From a virus (lineage: Duplodnaviria; Caudoviricetes): 64,000 bases of DNA. Each line of letters begins with the position of its first letter. The first letter of the stretch is position 1. A program made the translations under genes and the position numbers. Under the pieces are notes generated by a model that did not search any database, was not told where the DNA came from, and saw only the letters and a list, made by a program, of their open reading frames with translations. Where the stretch lies: IMG/VR virus record IMGVR_UViG_3300036863_000181, positions 1,951 through 65,950 of that record; one strand, 5' to 3'. Shown here piece after piece: positions 48,545 through 57,594 of this stretch.

Positions 48545-49207
48545 TTAAAATAGTTTGCCCTGACCCGTCTGCTCAGGAATTAAAGCGATATTCTTATTCT
48601 GTGCTGATTCAAACAGGAATTTGGTTTCTGCATGTGCTTTTGCCGCGTTCCGGCCTTTGCCACTATTATCAGGCGCTGGTATGTAAACCACTTTCTCCTT
48701 TAGCGCATTTCTCTGGCAACCCAGTTGAACTGCGTATTTGCTGATAATATCCAGATCATCCTGTTTCTCGAACAGTATTTCATTCAGGTACTCATAGAGA
48801 TTGGTTTTCATGTTTACAGGAAGAGGGACGATCTTTTTGACATTATCCGGATGATTATAATTCGGCTTGAAATGGTCTTCACCATAGTCCTGCTCATCAT
48901 ACCACACTGTTTTATAACTGCCTTCCAGATTCTGGTAACCGCTGAATACGCCCATATGGCAGGGAACAACCGTAACCTGCGCCTTCATCGTTAGCGTACC
49001 GGTTCGCAGTGTATTAGATAGATTTATTTCATGCTCTATAAAGAAATGGCAGATATCATCAGTCTTTACACCGCGGGGAATCCGGAATATTATTCCTGGC
49101 TGATGAGTATATCTGTATACATTAAAATGAGGTAGCGCCTGGATCAATTCAGTATGCTTAATCAGCTGAGCCGGGAACTTTAGTGTGACATAATTAATTG
49201 TTGCCAT
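48545..49207 (-). CDS. Hypothetical protein
   Basis: ORF track; probable start MATINY. Confidence 0.65.
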   Translation of the reverse strand: MATINYVTLKFPAQLIKHTELIQALPHFNVYRYTHQPGIIFRIPRGVKTDDICHFFIEHEINLSNTLRTGTLTMKAQVTVVPCHMGVFSGYQNLEGSYKTVWYDEQDYGEDHFKPNYNHPDNVKKIVPLPVNMKTNLYEYLNEILFEKQDDLDIISKYAVQLGCQRNALKEKVVYIPAPDNSGKGRNAAKAHAETKFLFESAQNKNIALIPEQTGQGKLF

Positions 49208-49209
49208 GG

Positions 49210-49623
49210 TTAAAAAAGTTTTGTTGTGTATCTGAATCCCTGGAATCCTTTCTGCGGACACTCATAAGGAGGGCGAATAGCGGGTCCTGACAGAATCACC
49301 CAATTGGCATTTGGAAAATTCCTACACTTCCTATCCGGTCCATCATTGAACGACTTCGACACATTTCGTTCATACATAACCATATTAGTCCTGAACTGCA
49401 CATGCTTATCAAACACAAGGTATATCCATAGAACTTCATGCAGCGGGAGATTGGTTAACCGGAAATTCCTTAGGCTGTCTTCCCTGGCCATGTACCGCTC
49501 AAACATCTTAATAAACCCTTTGTAGTCCCATTTCCGATCTTCAAAAAACTGGACCGGTAAAGTCAGCATAATACCTTCTGGTATAATCGACCGATCCTTT
49601 GAATATCCTGTTGCCGTAATCAT
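49210..49623 (-). CDS. Hypothetical protein (PUA/ASCH-like?)
   Basis: C-terminal KGFQGFRY. Confidence 0.6.
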   Translation of the reverse strand: MITATGYSKDRSIIPEGIMLTLPVQFFEDRKWDYKGFIKMFERYMAREDSLRNFRLTNLPLHEVLWIYLVFDKHVQFRTNMVMYERNVSKSFNDGPDRKCRNFPNANWVILSGPAIRPPYECPQKGFQGFRYTTKLF

Positions 49624-49898
49624 GAGTTCAAATATTTAGCTACGTGCTGTTCCCGGGAAACATTGCTATAGATCGCAGGCGGTCGGTTAATTTTCTCCCT
49701 TTCCGGTACCATGCCTTTGATTTGCTCTATTCTTTCTTTGGTCCCGGCTTTCGGCACAAGGCCTTGTTCCTTGCAATGAGCTTCTACCGCGGTAGTCGGC
49801 GCCTTTAAATAAGCTGCCATCTGGAAAATGGTCAGAGTATCATGATTATGATCAATGAACCTGATTTCAACCTCTGATAATTTGTATTTGTAACTCAT
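49620..49898 (-). CDS. HTH-like hypothetical protein
   Basis: ORF track; coupled overlap. Confidence 0.6.
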   Translation of the reverse strand: MSYKYKLSEVEIRFIDHNHDTLTIFQMAAYLKAPTTAVEAHCKEQGLVPKAGTKERIEQIKGMVPEREKINRPPAIYSNVSREQHVAKYLNS

Positions 49899-50281
49899 AC
49901 TTCAAGTTTTTTAATTTCTGCAGTATATGTTTGAATGATGGCATGGAGTTCGGCTCTACTCCACTTCTTTGCCGTGCGCCTGGCAGCACTGTCCAGCATC
50001 AACACTTTTTGTTCACCATACCTTTTAATCAGACCATTGCGGTAATGCAGCAGGTTACCATGTAGAAAACAATTGCACCTGGTACACTGGCCGTTGGTAT
50101 TCATTTCATTAAACCTCAGCGCCGAATGATGACCAGCGCTATGATAATGCCCCGCCTGCGTAACCGGGGCAATACATGATATGCAACCTTTATCCAGGTC
50201 CCGTAGCCGAATGAATTTGTTGAACACATCCTGGGCTTTCAACAACAGCACGGGTAATGATATTTGCCTTGCAGTCTTCAT
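49895..50281 (-). CDS. ninG: NinG/Rap-like recombination endonuclease
   Basis: FNKFIRLRD, CISC, AGHY and QCTRCN motifs. Confidence 0.85.
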   Translation of the reverse strand: MKTARQISLPVLLLKAQDVFNKFIRLRDLDKGCISCIAPVTQAGHYHSAGHHSALRFNEMNTNGQCTRCNCFLHGNLLHYRNGLIKRYGEQKVLMLDSAARRTAKKWSRAELHAIIQTYTAEIKKLEV

Positions 50282-50496
50282 TTAATTTCCTCAGTTAAAA
50301 ATTTCCGGTAATCTTTAAATCCACAATTCTCAAGTATCCTGACCAGTGTTTCAAGAGGCGGACTGCTATAGCCATCTTCATACCCGTAATAAGTCATTGT
50401 CTTTACCTGAACCTTCTTTGCAAAATGAGCTGGCGATAACCCACTTTTTTTTCTCAGCCTGAGCAAATTCACACGGATGTTTTGTCTTATATTCAT
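50278..50496 (-). CDS. XRE-family HTH protein
   Basis: LRKKSGLS...TYYGYEDG. Confidence 0.75.
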   Translation of the reverse strand: MNIRQNIRVNLLRLRKKSGLSPAHFAKKVQVKTMTYYGYEDGYSSPPLETLVRILENCGFKDYRKFLTEEIK

Positions 50497-52013
50497 TAGA
50501 ATAAGTCTTTATCAGTATCAGTAAAATTCTTAACCGGTCTCCAGGTATTTGGACTTGGTAAACTTGTAGCTGTTGGTGCTTCGCCATCCCATGGCATAAA
50601 CTTTTGAATATGAAGCATGGCTCTTAGTTTGATCAGGCCCAAGGATCCGTTGCGGTGTTTGGCAATCCGGATATGGGTCTCTCCCTTATTGCTATCGCCC
50701 ATTTCATTGGCCGTTATATCGTAATACTCCGGCCGGTACATAAATAGCACCATATCAGCATCTTGCTCAATGGCGCCGCTATCACGCAGATCACTGAGCA
50801 TTGGCATTTTGTTTCCATCCTTCCTGCTCTCTACCGCGCGACTTAATTGCGATAATGCGATGACCGGTAGCTGTTCTTCTTTAGCAATCCGCTTCAGTCC
50901 CCGGCTGATCTTTGAAATCTCCTGTTCCCGGTTTCCTTTTTCTTCATTTCCACTCATCAACTGCAGGTAGTCAAGAATAATCAATCCTCGATCGCTGCTA
51001 TATAACTTCATCCATAAACGCTTTAATCTTCTAACCGCGGCATGCAATTCATATATCGATATCGCTGCAGTATCATCGATAAATATCGGGGCCTTGGCCA
51101 ACTTCATTATCCCTTTTTGATAAAGTACTTTCATTTGCTCATCATCAAGCCGGCCATTGCGGATATTTTCAAGCCATATCTCGCTTTCGGCCGACCAGTT
51201 ACGCTCTGTAATTTGCTGTGTGCTCATCTCCAGGCTGAATAGTCCAACAGGGACCGGTTTAAAAACGTCCATTGCCGCGCTCCTGGAGAATTGTATCGCG
51301 AGTGCTGTTTTACCGACAGAAGGCCTTGCCGCCAGTATAATCAAATCCGTATCCTGCCAGCCATTAGTGATGTGATCAAGTTCCTTGATTCCGCTTGGAA
51401 CCCCGGTCATGTGGTCAGTTCTTTGCCTCAATAGCTCAAGACGCTGAAGTCCTGTAACACACGCTACATCCATGGCCGTGAACCCTTTTTTTACCCTACC
51501 CAAAACCAGGTCGGTGAATTTTTTTTCATGCTTTTCCATCATTTCAAAGACATCAGTACTATCCTCATATCCTTCGCTAATGGTTTCCATCGACAGCCTG
51601 ATCATTTCCCGGGCAAGAAACTTTTGCTGTATAATTCTGCTATGATCTTCGATATTGGCAGATGAGACAATTGCATTGGTCAATTGGGTTACGTAATACG
51701 GACCGCCAACCATTTCAAGTTCTTCAGCCTTTTTCAGTTCTTCAACAACCGTGAGAATATCTATAGGCCTGCCTGTAATATTCAGATTGAGCATCGTTTT
51801 AAAAATCCGCTGGTGTGCTTCAACGTAAAAACTTTCGGGTTTAAGAATCTCAGATGCACGATCAAATGCCGTTTTTTCAATCATGATCGCCCCAAGAATA
51901 GCGGCTTCTAAATCCCTAGCCTGTGGTGGAACTTTGCCGTAGACCATGGTCGATAGATCTATTGTTCTGCCTTTCTTCGCTTTCCGGTCTTTATTTAGTT
52001 TGCTGAGATCCAT
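50496..52013 (-). CDS. dnaB: Replicative DNA helicase
   Basis: AARPSVGKT, FSLEMS, LDYLQL, SQLSR and SGAIEQDAD motifs. Confidence 0.95.
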   Translation of the reverse strand: MDLSKLNKDRKAKKGRTIDLSTMVYGKVPPQARDLEAAILGAIMIEKTAFDRASEILKPESFYVEAHQRIFKTMLNLNITGRPIDILTVVEELKKAEELEMVGGPYYVTQLTNAIVSSANIEDHSRIIQQKFLAREMIRLSMETISEGYEDSTDVFEMMEKHEKKFTDLVLGRVKKGFTAMDVACVTGLQRLELLRQRTDHMTGVPSGIKELDHITNGWQDTDLIILAARPSVGKTALAIQFSRSAAMDVFKPVPVGLFSLEMSTQQITERNWSAESEIWLENIRNGRLDDEQMKVLYQKGIMKLAKAPIFIDDTAAISIYELHAAVRRLKRLWMKLYSSDRGLIILDYLQLMSGNEEKGNREQEISKISRGLKRIAKEEQLPVIALSQLSRAVESRKDGNKMPMLSDLRDSGAIEQDADMVLFMYRPEYYDITANEMGDSNKGETHIRIAKHRNGSLGLIKLRAMLHIQKFMPWDGEAPTATSLPSPNTWRPVKNFTDTDKDLF

Positions 52014-52912
52014 CAGTTTTCTCTGTATTTTTCAAGGAGTTTTGTATAATTATTTTCCGATTCTATGATGTGGTTGAATGTAACGACCCATCGATTTTGA
52101 TTTTCGCCCTGATAGAATTTGTTCTGGCGGATTGAACTTAAAATTTTGAAAAAATCAAATCCGGGTTCCCTTACCCTAATTTTCAGTTTATCGCGCCGAA
52201 ATTTGGTGACGCTGATTACCGGATCCAAGTTATTGTTAGGCGCAAAAATATTCCAGGCGTCAACAAATGGTTCAGCAAACGATGGCTTTCGTTCAGATAC
52301 AAAATCTCGTATTGTCTTAAAAACCTCACGGGCATCCTTCCCGGTAAGTTGTGTTTTTAATTTTTCATAATCCCCCTTCAGCTGAGTTTGCCTGTCAGCC
52401 TCTTCAGAGGCGGCAAGTGCGGTAGCACTTGGTTGCTTTCCTTTACTTTCCTCTTCTTTACTTTCCTTTACTTTACTTTCCTTTACTTTACTTTGTGTAC
52501 TTTTTGCTGTAGAAACCCCCGTTTGTCCGGTGTTTTCAGTACAGAAACTCGGCTTAACTGGTATTTTCTGTTTCCTATTCACGTATACATCGGATATTCT
52601 GTCCACAAACCCTTGCGACCAAACCATCTTTTGCTCCCATAAATCTTGATCAATCGCGTCCAAACTGGCCAATAAATCCAAAATTTTAATAACGCCGGCA
52701 TCATCCACCCGGGTTTTAGCTTGTAGAAATTCCATGTCGGCTACATTACTACAATCTAAAAAATGGCCTTCTTTTGATCCTAAAAATTCCAGCAGCTTAA
52801 ACCAGAAAGCATAACCATCATTACCATGCTTCTGTTCCAGGATAAAAAGGGTTTTTCCGGATATACAATCGTGGGGGAAATAATCCACCCCTTTTTTTAA
52901 AGGCCTTGCCAT
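52013..52912 (-). CDS. Replication initiator (DUF4373 / Lin1244-like)
   Basis: MARPLKKGVDYFPHD N-terminus, SKVKE repeats, directly upstream of dnaB. Confidence 0.8.
   Translation of the reverse strand: MARPLKKGVDYFPHDCISGKTLFILEQKHGNDGYAFWFKLLEFLGSKEGHFLDCSNVADMEFLQAKTRVDDAGVIKILDLLASLDAIDQDLWEQKMVWSQGFVDRISDVYVNRKQKIPVKPSFCTENTGQTGVSTAKSTQSKVKESKVKESKEEESKGKQPSATALAASEEADRQTQLKGDYEKLKTQLTGKDAREVFKTIRDFVSERKPSFAEPFVDAWNIFAPNNNLDPVISVTKFRRDKLKIRVREPGFDFFKILSSIRQNKFYQGENQNRWVVTFNHIIESENNYTKLLEKYREN
52435..52494. repeat. CTTTACTTT(C) tandem repeats inside the initiator gene (possible origin/iteron region)
   Basis: Repeats visible in the sequence, encoding SKVKESKVKESKE. Confidence 0.6.
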
Positions 52913-52954
52913 TACGAATCAGGGTTTTTATAGGTTAATTTCAATGGGTTATTT

Positions 52955-53140
52955 TTATTCTGGTATAATTCCCGGTTCTACATCCTCAATCTTAAATTTG
53001 TCTTCTTCCGGAATATTAACTTTCTTCTTCTGCTCTTCGACCAGTATCCTGAAATAATGCTCCTCTGACAAAGCCCGGTGCCAAATTCCCGGCCTGGTCG
53101 GTAATGTCAGTTTTCCATTAAACATTATATATCCAGTCAC
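52955..53140 (-). CDS. Hypothetical protein
   Basis: ORF track. Confidence 0.5.
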   Translation of the reverse strand: MTGYIMFNGKLTLPTRPGIWHRALSEEHYFRILVEEQKKKVNIPEEDKFKIEDVEPGIIPE

Positions 53141-53373
53141 ATTAGCCAGTTTACGCGGTCATCAGGATTAAAAAATCCCTCAGCCACTTTTGTACGATTG
53201 CATTTTTTTATTCTTGAACCATCCCTGGGAACATGCTTATTACTGCTTAATGTCCTCTGTATGGTTGCCCGGCCAAGATTAAGTTCTTTGGCAATTTTTA
53301 ATTGAGAATGACCATCTGCTTTCATCAGTTTTATTTTAAGTTCTATTTCGGGTTTGACTTTATATCGTTTCAT
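53137..53373 (-). CDS. HTH protein
   Basis: GHSQLKIAKELNLGRATIQRTL. Confidence 0.7.
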   Translation of the reverse strand: MKRYKVKPEIELKIKLMKADGHSQLKIAKELNLGRATIQRTLSSNKHVPRDGSRIKKCNRTKVAEGFFNPDDRVNWLM

Positions 53374-53600
53374 TTTTGCTGCGTTGTAAGCAACTCTTCC
53401 AAATTAAGTTGCAGGTTTTTCTTATGAGCCTTCAACATCTTAGCCAGCCGCTCGTATACCGCGATCTCATGCTTTGCTACTGTATCTTTCTTCTTTCCGA
53501 TAAAGACCATGGATGGATAATTACGCTTCATCCAGGACAAGCGATCATCAACCGTTTTTATCAGGTCAGCATAGGTAATATGATACGGGTCACGGGCCAT
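53370..53600 (-). CDS. Hypothetical protein
   Basis: ORF track; coupled overlap. Confidence 0.6.
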   Translation of the reverse strand: MARDPYHITYADLIKTVDDRLSWMKRNYPSMVFIGKKKDTVAKHEIAVYERLAKMLKAHKKNLQLNLEELLTTQQK

Positions 53601-55843
53601 TAACTTCGCTTGAATGTTACGTTTGTAAGATGCCGGCCATTGTTCATGATCGAGAACAGACCTTTATCGTTCTCTACAATCCGCATGGTTTCGATCTTGC
53701 CAAAGAATTTTATATTTCCCCCAAGATCAACAACCCATCCTGATTTCTTTGATCCATCTTCATAGGTATATGGTCGCATTACCCGGCCAACAATCTGATA
53801 ATAAAGGGCCAACGACATAGTAGACCGGGCTATGAGCACGCATTCCAGTTCAGGGTAATCAAAACCTGTAGTGAGCACACCAACGTTGATCACGCATTTT
53901 ATCTTGCCACACTTGAACTTTTTGAGAATATCATCCCGAACATCTGCAGGTGTTTCACCAGTCAGAACAACTGAACCTGGGACTTTCTTTGCCGTAGAAT
54001 TAGCCTCTTCAATCAGCGAACAAAAGACCAGCAGATTATTGCGTTTGGCCAGTAACCGGTTCGCATACTTTGCAGTCAGCGCCGGCATATCAATGGACCG
54101 GTAATAACTGCGGAGACTACTTTCTGTAAAGTCTGTACCCGTTGAATTCATTTCCAACATCTGCCTGTTGATCGTGTCAAAGCTGAAATATTCGAGCGGC
54201 GCCAGGTGACCGGCATTGAACAGCACATCATTCTGAACATAGTAAAGAACCTTATTGAATATCTTAGGTCGTGTACGGGTCAGGAATTTGAGCATGGCAC
54301 CATCAGCATCAGATGTTAAACGGTAAGGCGTAGCAGTAAGTCCCAATACTTTTGCATGCCCCAGTGTTTTGATAAATGAATGATACATGCCTTCACGCGC
54401 GTTCACCAAATGGCAATTGTGAACAATAATGCCGGCAGTAGGTTGTTTTTTGCTTTTATCATATTTGCCAGGACTGACAGTATATGTTTCATTGTCCTCT
54501 ACCTGAATATTATACACAGGCTCCTTTCCTGCAGACTCTTTGCCAATTAAAACACATGCTCCCCTTTGATTGAAATCAGAATTCCATTTATAGCTCCCGG
54601 CAAGGTGTTTAACTGAATCAATGATTTTATAAGACATTGATGGATGCACATAAGGAGCAATCATCCTGCACAGATTTTCTACGGCAACCTTTTTGAACTT
54701 AATATAATAGTGAGTTCTTTTGCTGATTTTGCTAATGCCAGAACAGACCCTGCCTGGCACGCCATATGAAGTTAGCATTGCGCGAAGCTTTTCTGTAAGT
54801 TCCTTTGATGTAGCCGTTGAATAAAGGGAGCCCCAATTCTGAAGCTTAGCCAAATGACCGTCATCCATCCATGCAATAGCCAACATCCGCAGGTTAAGGT
54901 TTTCGATTATACTGCCAATAGCACATTTATCATCTTCCATAAAAACAACCTTGGAAGAAAACGCATATGCGTTCTTGCCTGCAAAGCCATTTTTTAAAAC
55001 CAACCGTGGCTTTTGCTTCAGCATGTCGGCCTTCCACATAAGATATTCCTTCTGATCTGTTCCCTGGATAAACCTAAACCGATTAATATTCTTTATCAAC
55101 CTTGTTTTATCCAATGAACCGTCACCCAGGAGGCTGCCTAAGAGCAGACTTCTTTGGTCGCTGCTTGGAATAGGCGCATAGGTGCCGGTTGGGCACGATG
55201 ACAAAATGCAATCTCCAATTTGCAGGTCATGGGCAGTTTTCCAGCCATTACTGGTTAAGAATGGATGGCCAGATGTGCAGCAGACAGATACATTTTTGCT
55301 AAAATGTAGCCTCAGTATTTCCTTTTCTCCGGTGCATTTTCCGGTGATAACACGCTTCAACTCCATAGCATTCGTTTCCGAATTATAGCTCAACACCCGG
55401 GGAACTGATTTGCCGGCATTTATCAATTTCACCAGGTAACCTATTCTAAGCTTGCCTTTCTCTGTACTAATGAAGGTGTCATAAGGGAAGCACTCATCGA
55501 CAATAATGTTCTGAAACTCCTTGAACAAATGCGGCTTCTTTGCTACACTACCAATGGTACAAAAGGTGATGTCATCGATATACTTCATGCCGGCTGAAGC
55601 ACTATATATGCCTGCACGGTAGCCGTAAGAAAGGAACTTGGCAAAGTTCTGTGCCAGTATTTCTTTCGAAGGTTGGAAAACCACCGTCTTTCCTTTCAGG
55701 TTCATGGCCGTATTGGCAATGACCACGCTCTTACCGCTTCCGGTTGGAAGGATCTCTATTCCATTTATCTTTTTCTTATTCTGGAAAAAGTCGATATTGG
55801 CGCTTATCGCATCTACCTGATATGGTCGCGGTGTGAAATTCAT
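53600..55843 (-). CDS. SF2 DExH helicase containing an intein
   Basis: PTGSGKS, DE|CH split by intein, TATP, TTGFD, QIVGRVMR. Confidence 0.9.
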   Translation of the reverse strand: MNFTPRPYQVDAISANIDFFQNKKKINGIEILPTGSGKSVVIANTAMNLKGKTVVFQPSKEILAQNFAKFLSYGYRAGIYSASAGMKYIDDITFCTIGSVAKKPHLFKEFQNIIVDECFPYDTFISTEKGKLRIGYLVKLINAGKSVPRVLSYNSETNAMELKRVITGKCTGEKEILRLHFSKNVSVCCTSGHPFLTSNGWKTAHDLQIGDCILSSCPTGTYAPIPSSDQRSLLLGSLLGDGSLDKTRLIKNINRFRFIQGTDQKEYLMWKADMLKQKPRLVLKNGFAGKNAYAFSSKVVFMEDDKCAIGSIIENLNLRMLAIAWMDDGHLAKLQNWGSLYSTATSKELTEKLRAMLTSYGVPGRVCSGISKISKRTHYYIKFKKVAVENLCRMIAPYVHPSMSYKIIDSVKHLAGSYKWNSDFNQRGACVLIGKESAGKEPVYNIQVEDNETYTVSPGKYDKSKKQPTAGIIVHNCHLVNAREGMYHSFIKTLGHAKVLGLTATPYRLTSDADGAMLKFLTRTRPKIFNKVLYYVQNDVLFNAGHLAPLEYFSFDTINRQMLEMNSTGTDFTESSLRSYYRSIDMPALTAKYANRLLAKRNNLLVFCSLIEEANSTAKKVPGSVVLTGETPADVRDDILKKFKCGKIKCVINVGVLTTGFDYPELECVLIARSTMSLALYYQIVGRVMRPYTYEDGSKKSGWVVDLGGNIKFFGKIETMRIVENDKGLFSIMNNGRHLTNVTFKRS
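54416..55492 (-). mobile_element. Intein (359 aa) with LAGLIDADG homing endonuclease
   Basis: Begins CFPYDT, block B TSGH, LLGSLLGDG and AWMDDG motifs, ends IIVHN followed by extein Cys. Confidence 0.9.
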
Positions 55844-56508
55844 ACTTTGGACCCTTCAAAATCCAGATCATCTTCATCAGCACCCGCGGATACAGTTACG
55901 TCGGTTATCTTTAACTGCCTGGCATCTTCTTCTGGTTCCTCTTCAGCAACAGGTGTATAATTACCTTCTTTATACATGGCTACTTCATTGGCAGCATCCA
56001 TGGCCGCAGTCTTCAACTCATTCTTCCATTTATAAGAAGACAGCTCATCGATCGCTATATCATCGGTCTTCAATTCCATTCTACCGCCCATGCTCACATA
56101 TCGATTACCGATTAACGAAACAGTCAGATTATCTTCATCCCCCTTTAGCGTGAAAGCTGTGACCGTGTATAACATTGTTAATGGATGACCGGCCATTGAT
56201 TCCAGGTCATCAAACTCAATGCCCGCATTCTTGAAAATATCATCGACAATAGCCAGGTGAATATTCATTGCAGCAAAAGCCGTTTTTAGGCTATCTCTGA
56301 CATAACCGGCTTTTCCTTTCACACCATGGATATCATGAATACCTACGCCTTCAGTTATTTCATACCGGTAGTCACAGAAATCGTCTTTAACCTTAGCTTC
56401 TATGATTTTATATTCACGTTTTACAAGGTTTTTAATTGCGGCTGTAGCCTTTTTAAGATCAGTAATCGTGACAGGGTTTTCTTTGGTCCCTTTTTTTGCT
56501 TTGGTCAT
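55840..56508 (-). CDS. Hypothetical acidic protein
   Basis: ORF track. Confidence 0.7.
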   Translation of the reverse strand: MTKAKKGTKENPVTITDLKKATAAIKNLVKREYKIIEAKVKDDFCDYRYEITEGVGIHDIHGVKGKAGYVRDSLKTAFAAMNIHLAIVDDIFKNAGIEFDDLESMAGHPLTMLYTVTAFTLKGDEDNLTVSLIGNRYVSMGGRMELKTDDIAIDELSSYKWKNELKTAAMDAANEVAMYKEGNYTPVAEEEPEEDARQLKITDVTVSAGADEDDLDFEGSKV

Positions 56509-56514
56509 TGTGTT

Positions 56515-57594
56515 TTATTTTGATTGATTAATAGGCATTTCGTTGTATTCCAAACCATCCAGATCGCGACCGGCTTTCTTTTTGCCTACGCGTACAATTG
56601 GTAAGGAATTATCGCCAGCAGTATTTTTAAAGCAATGCACTGTGCCATTTGTTGCTAAAAGGAAGGCAGGAGGATAACCCGAATTGCCTTTGCTGGTGTC
56701 GTATTCTTCCGATGCCAGTGGTGGCCTCCATTCACCCCATTGCTTAAAAAAGAAAGCAGTCCCGGCATCTTTACACTGATTGCGCAATGACCTCACCCAT
56801 TCAGGATGCATTGGCCTGGCGCCGGGCCCTGATTCGCCGCCGACAATTACCCAGTCAATATATCCGCTACCATCATTGCTGTCAGCAGGAAGTTGAAGCG
56901 GTCCCAATAAAGGTTCACATGAAAGGAAATGAACAGCAGCAGGAGTTTTTATTAAATCTTCAAATCGATCTTCCAGTGCTTTTTGATTCTCTACAGACAC
57001 TCCAACCCATACATTGGGCAGCGGATCATATTGCTCAAAAATTAGAGTAGAGTCTTTACTTCCATCATGGTCATAACTTTTATCCCAGAGCCAACCAGCC
57101 TTTTTTAAATGTGGCAAAAGCTGTTGGTCATTACCATGCATATAATCGAAATAAGGGGAGGCAAGGTCTTCAAAATCATCGCCCAGACCATTTTCATATT
57201 CCTCATAATACTGTAGCATTATATCAGGACGTTTGGTAAGAACCTGGAAAGTATGTTGCGGGCATAAAGCCATAATCAGGAATATCTTTTGTATAAACTC
57301 AAATGGTATTTCCTTATGAAAAAGATCGCTCATGCTGTCCACGAAATACACTGTTGGCTTTTTGTTCAGGAGAGGTTCTATTAACCGGCTTTCGATAAGG
57401 TTAATTTTATCATCCCAAACTATTTTACCATTGGCAAGCTTTTTGGTGAGCCCTTCATATTCTCGGGACATTGCCGGATTAAATGAAAGCCGGTAAGCCA
57501 TACGCGCTGCGTAACAATTAGTACAGCCTGGAGAGACTTCTGTACAGCCCAAAGTTGGGTTCCATGTCTTTTCGGTCCATTCGATTTTACTCAT
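56515..57594 (-). CDS. DUF5131 (phage Gp37/Gp68) family protein
   Basis: MSKIEWT..TWNP..GC...SPGC.NCYA, SMSDLFH, GGESG and FFFKQWG motifs. Confidence 0.9.
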   Translation of the reverse strand: MSKIEWTEKTWNPTLGCTEVSPGCTNCYAARMAYRLSFNPAMSREYEGLTKKLANGKIVWDDKINLIESRLIEPLLNKKPTVYFVDSMSDLFHKEIPFEFIQKIFLIMALCPQHTFQVLTKRPDIMLQYYEEYENGLGDDFEDLASPYFDYMHGNDQQLLPHLKKAGWLWDKSYDHDGSKDSTLIFEQYDPLPNVWVGVSVENQKALEDRFEDLIKTPAAVHFLSCEPLLGPLQLPADSNDGSGYIDWVIVGGESGPGARPMHPEWVRSLRNQCKDAGTAFFFKQWGEWRPPLASEEYDTSKGNSGYPPAFLLATNGTVHCFKNTAGDNSLPIVRVGKKKAGRDLDGLEYNEMPINQSK

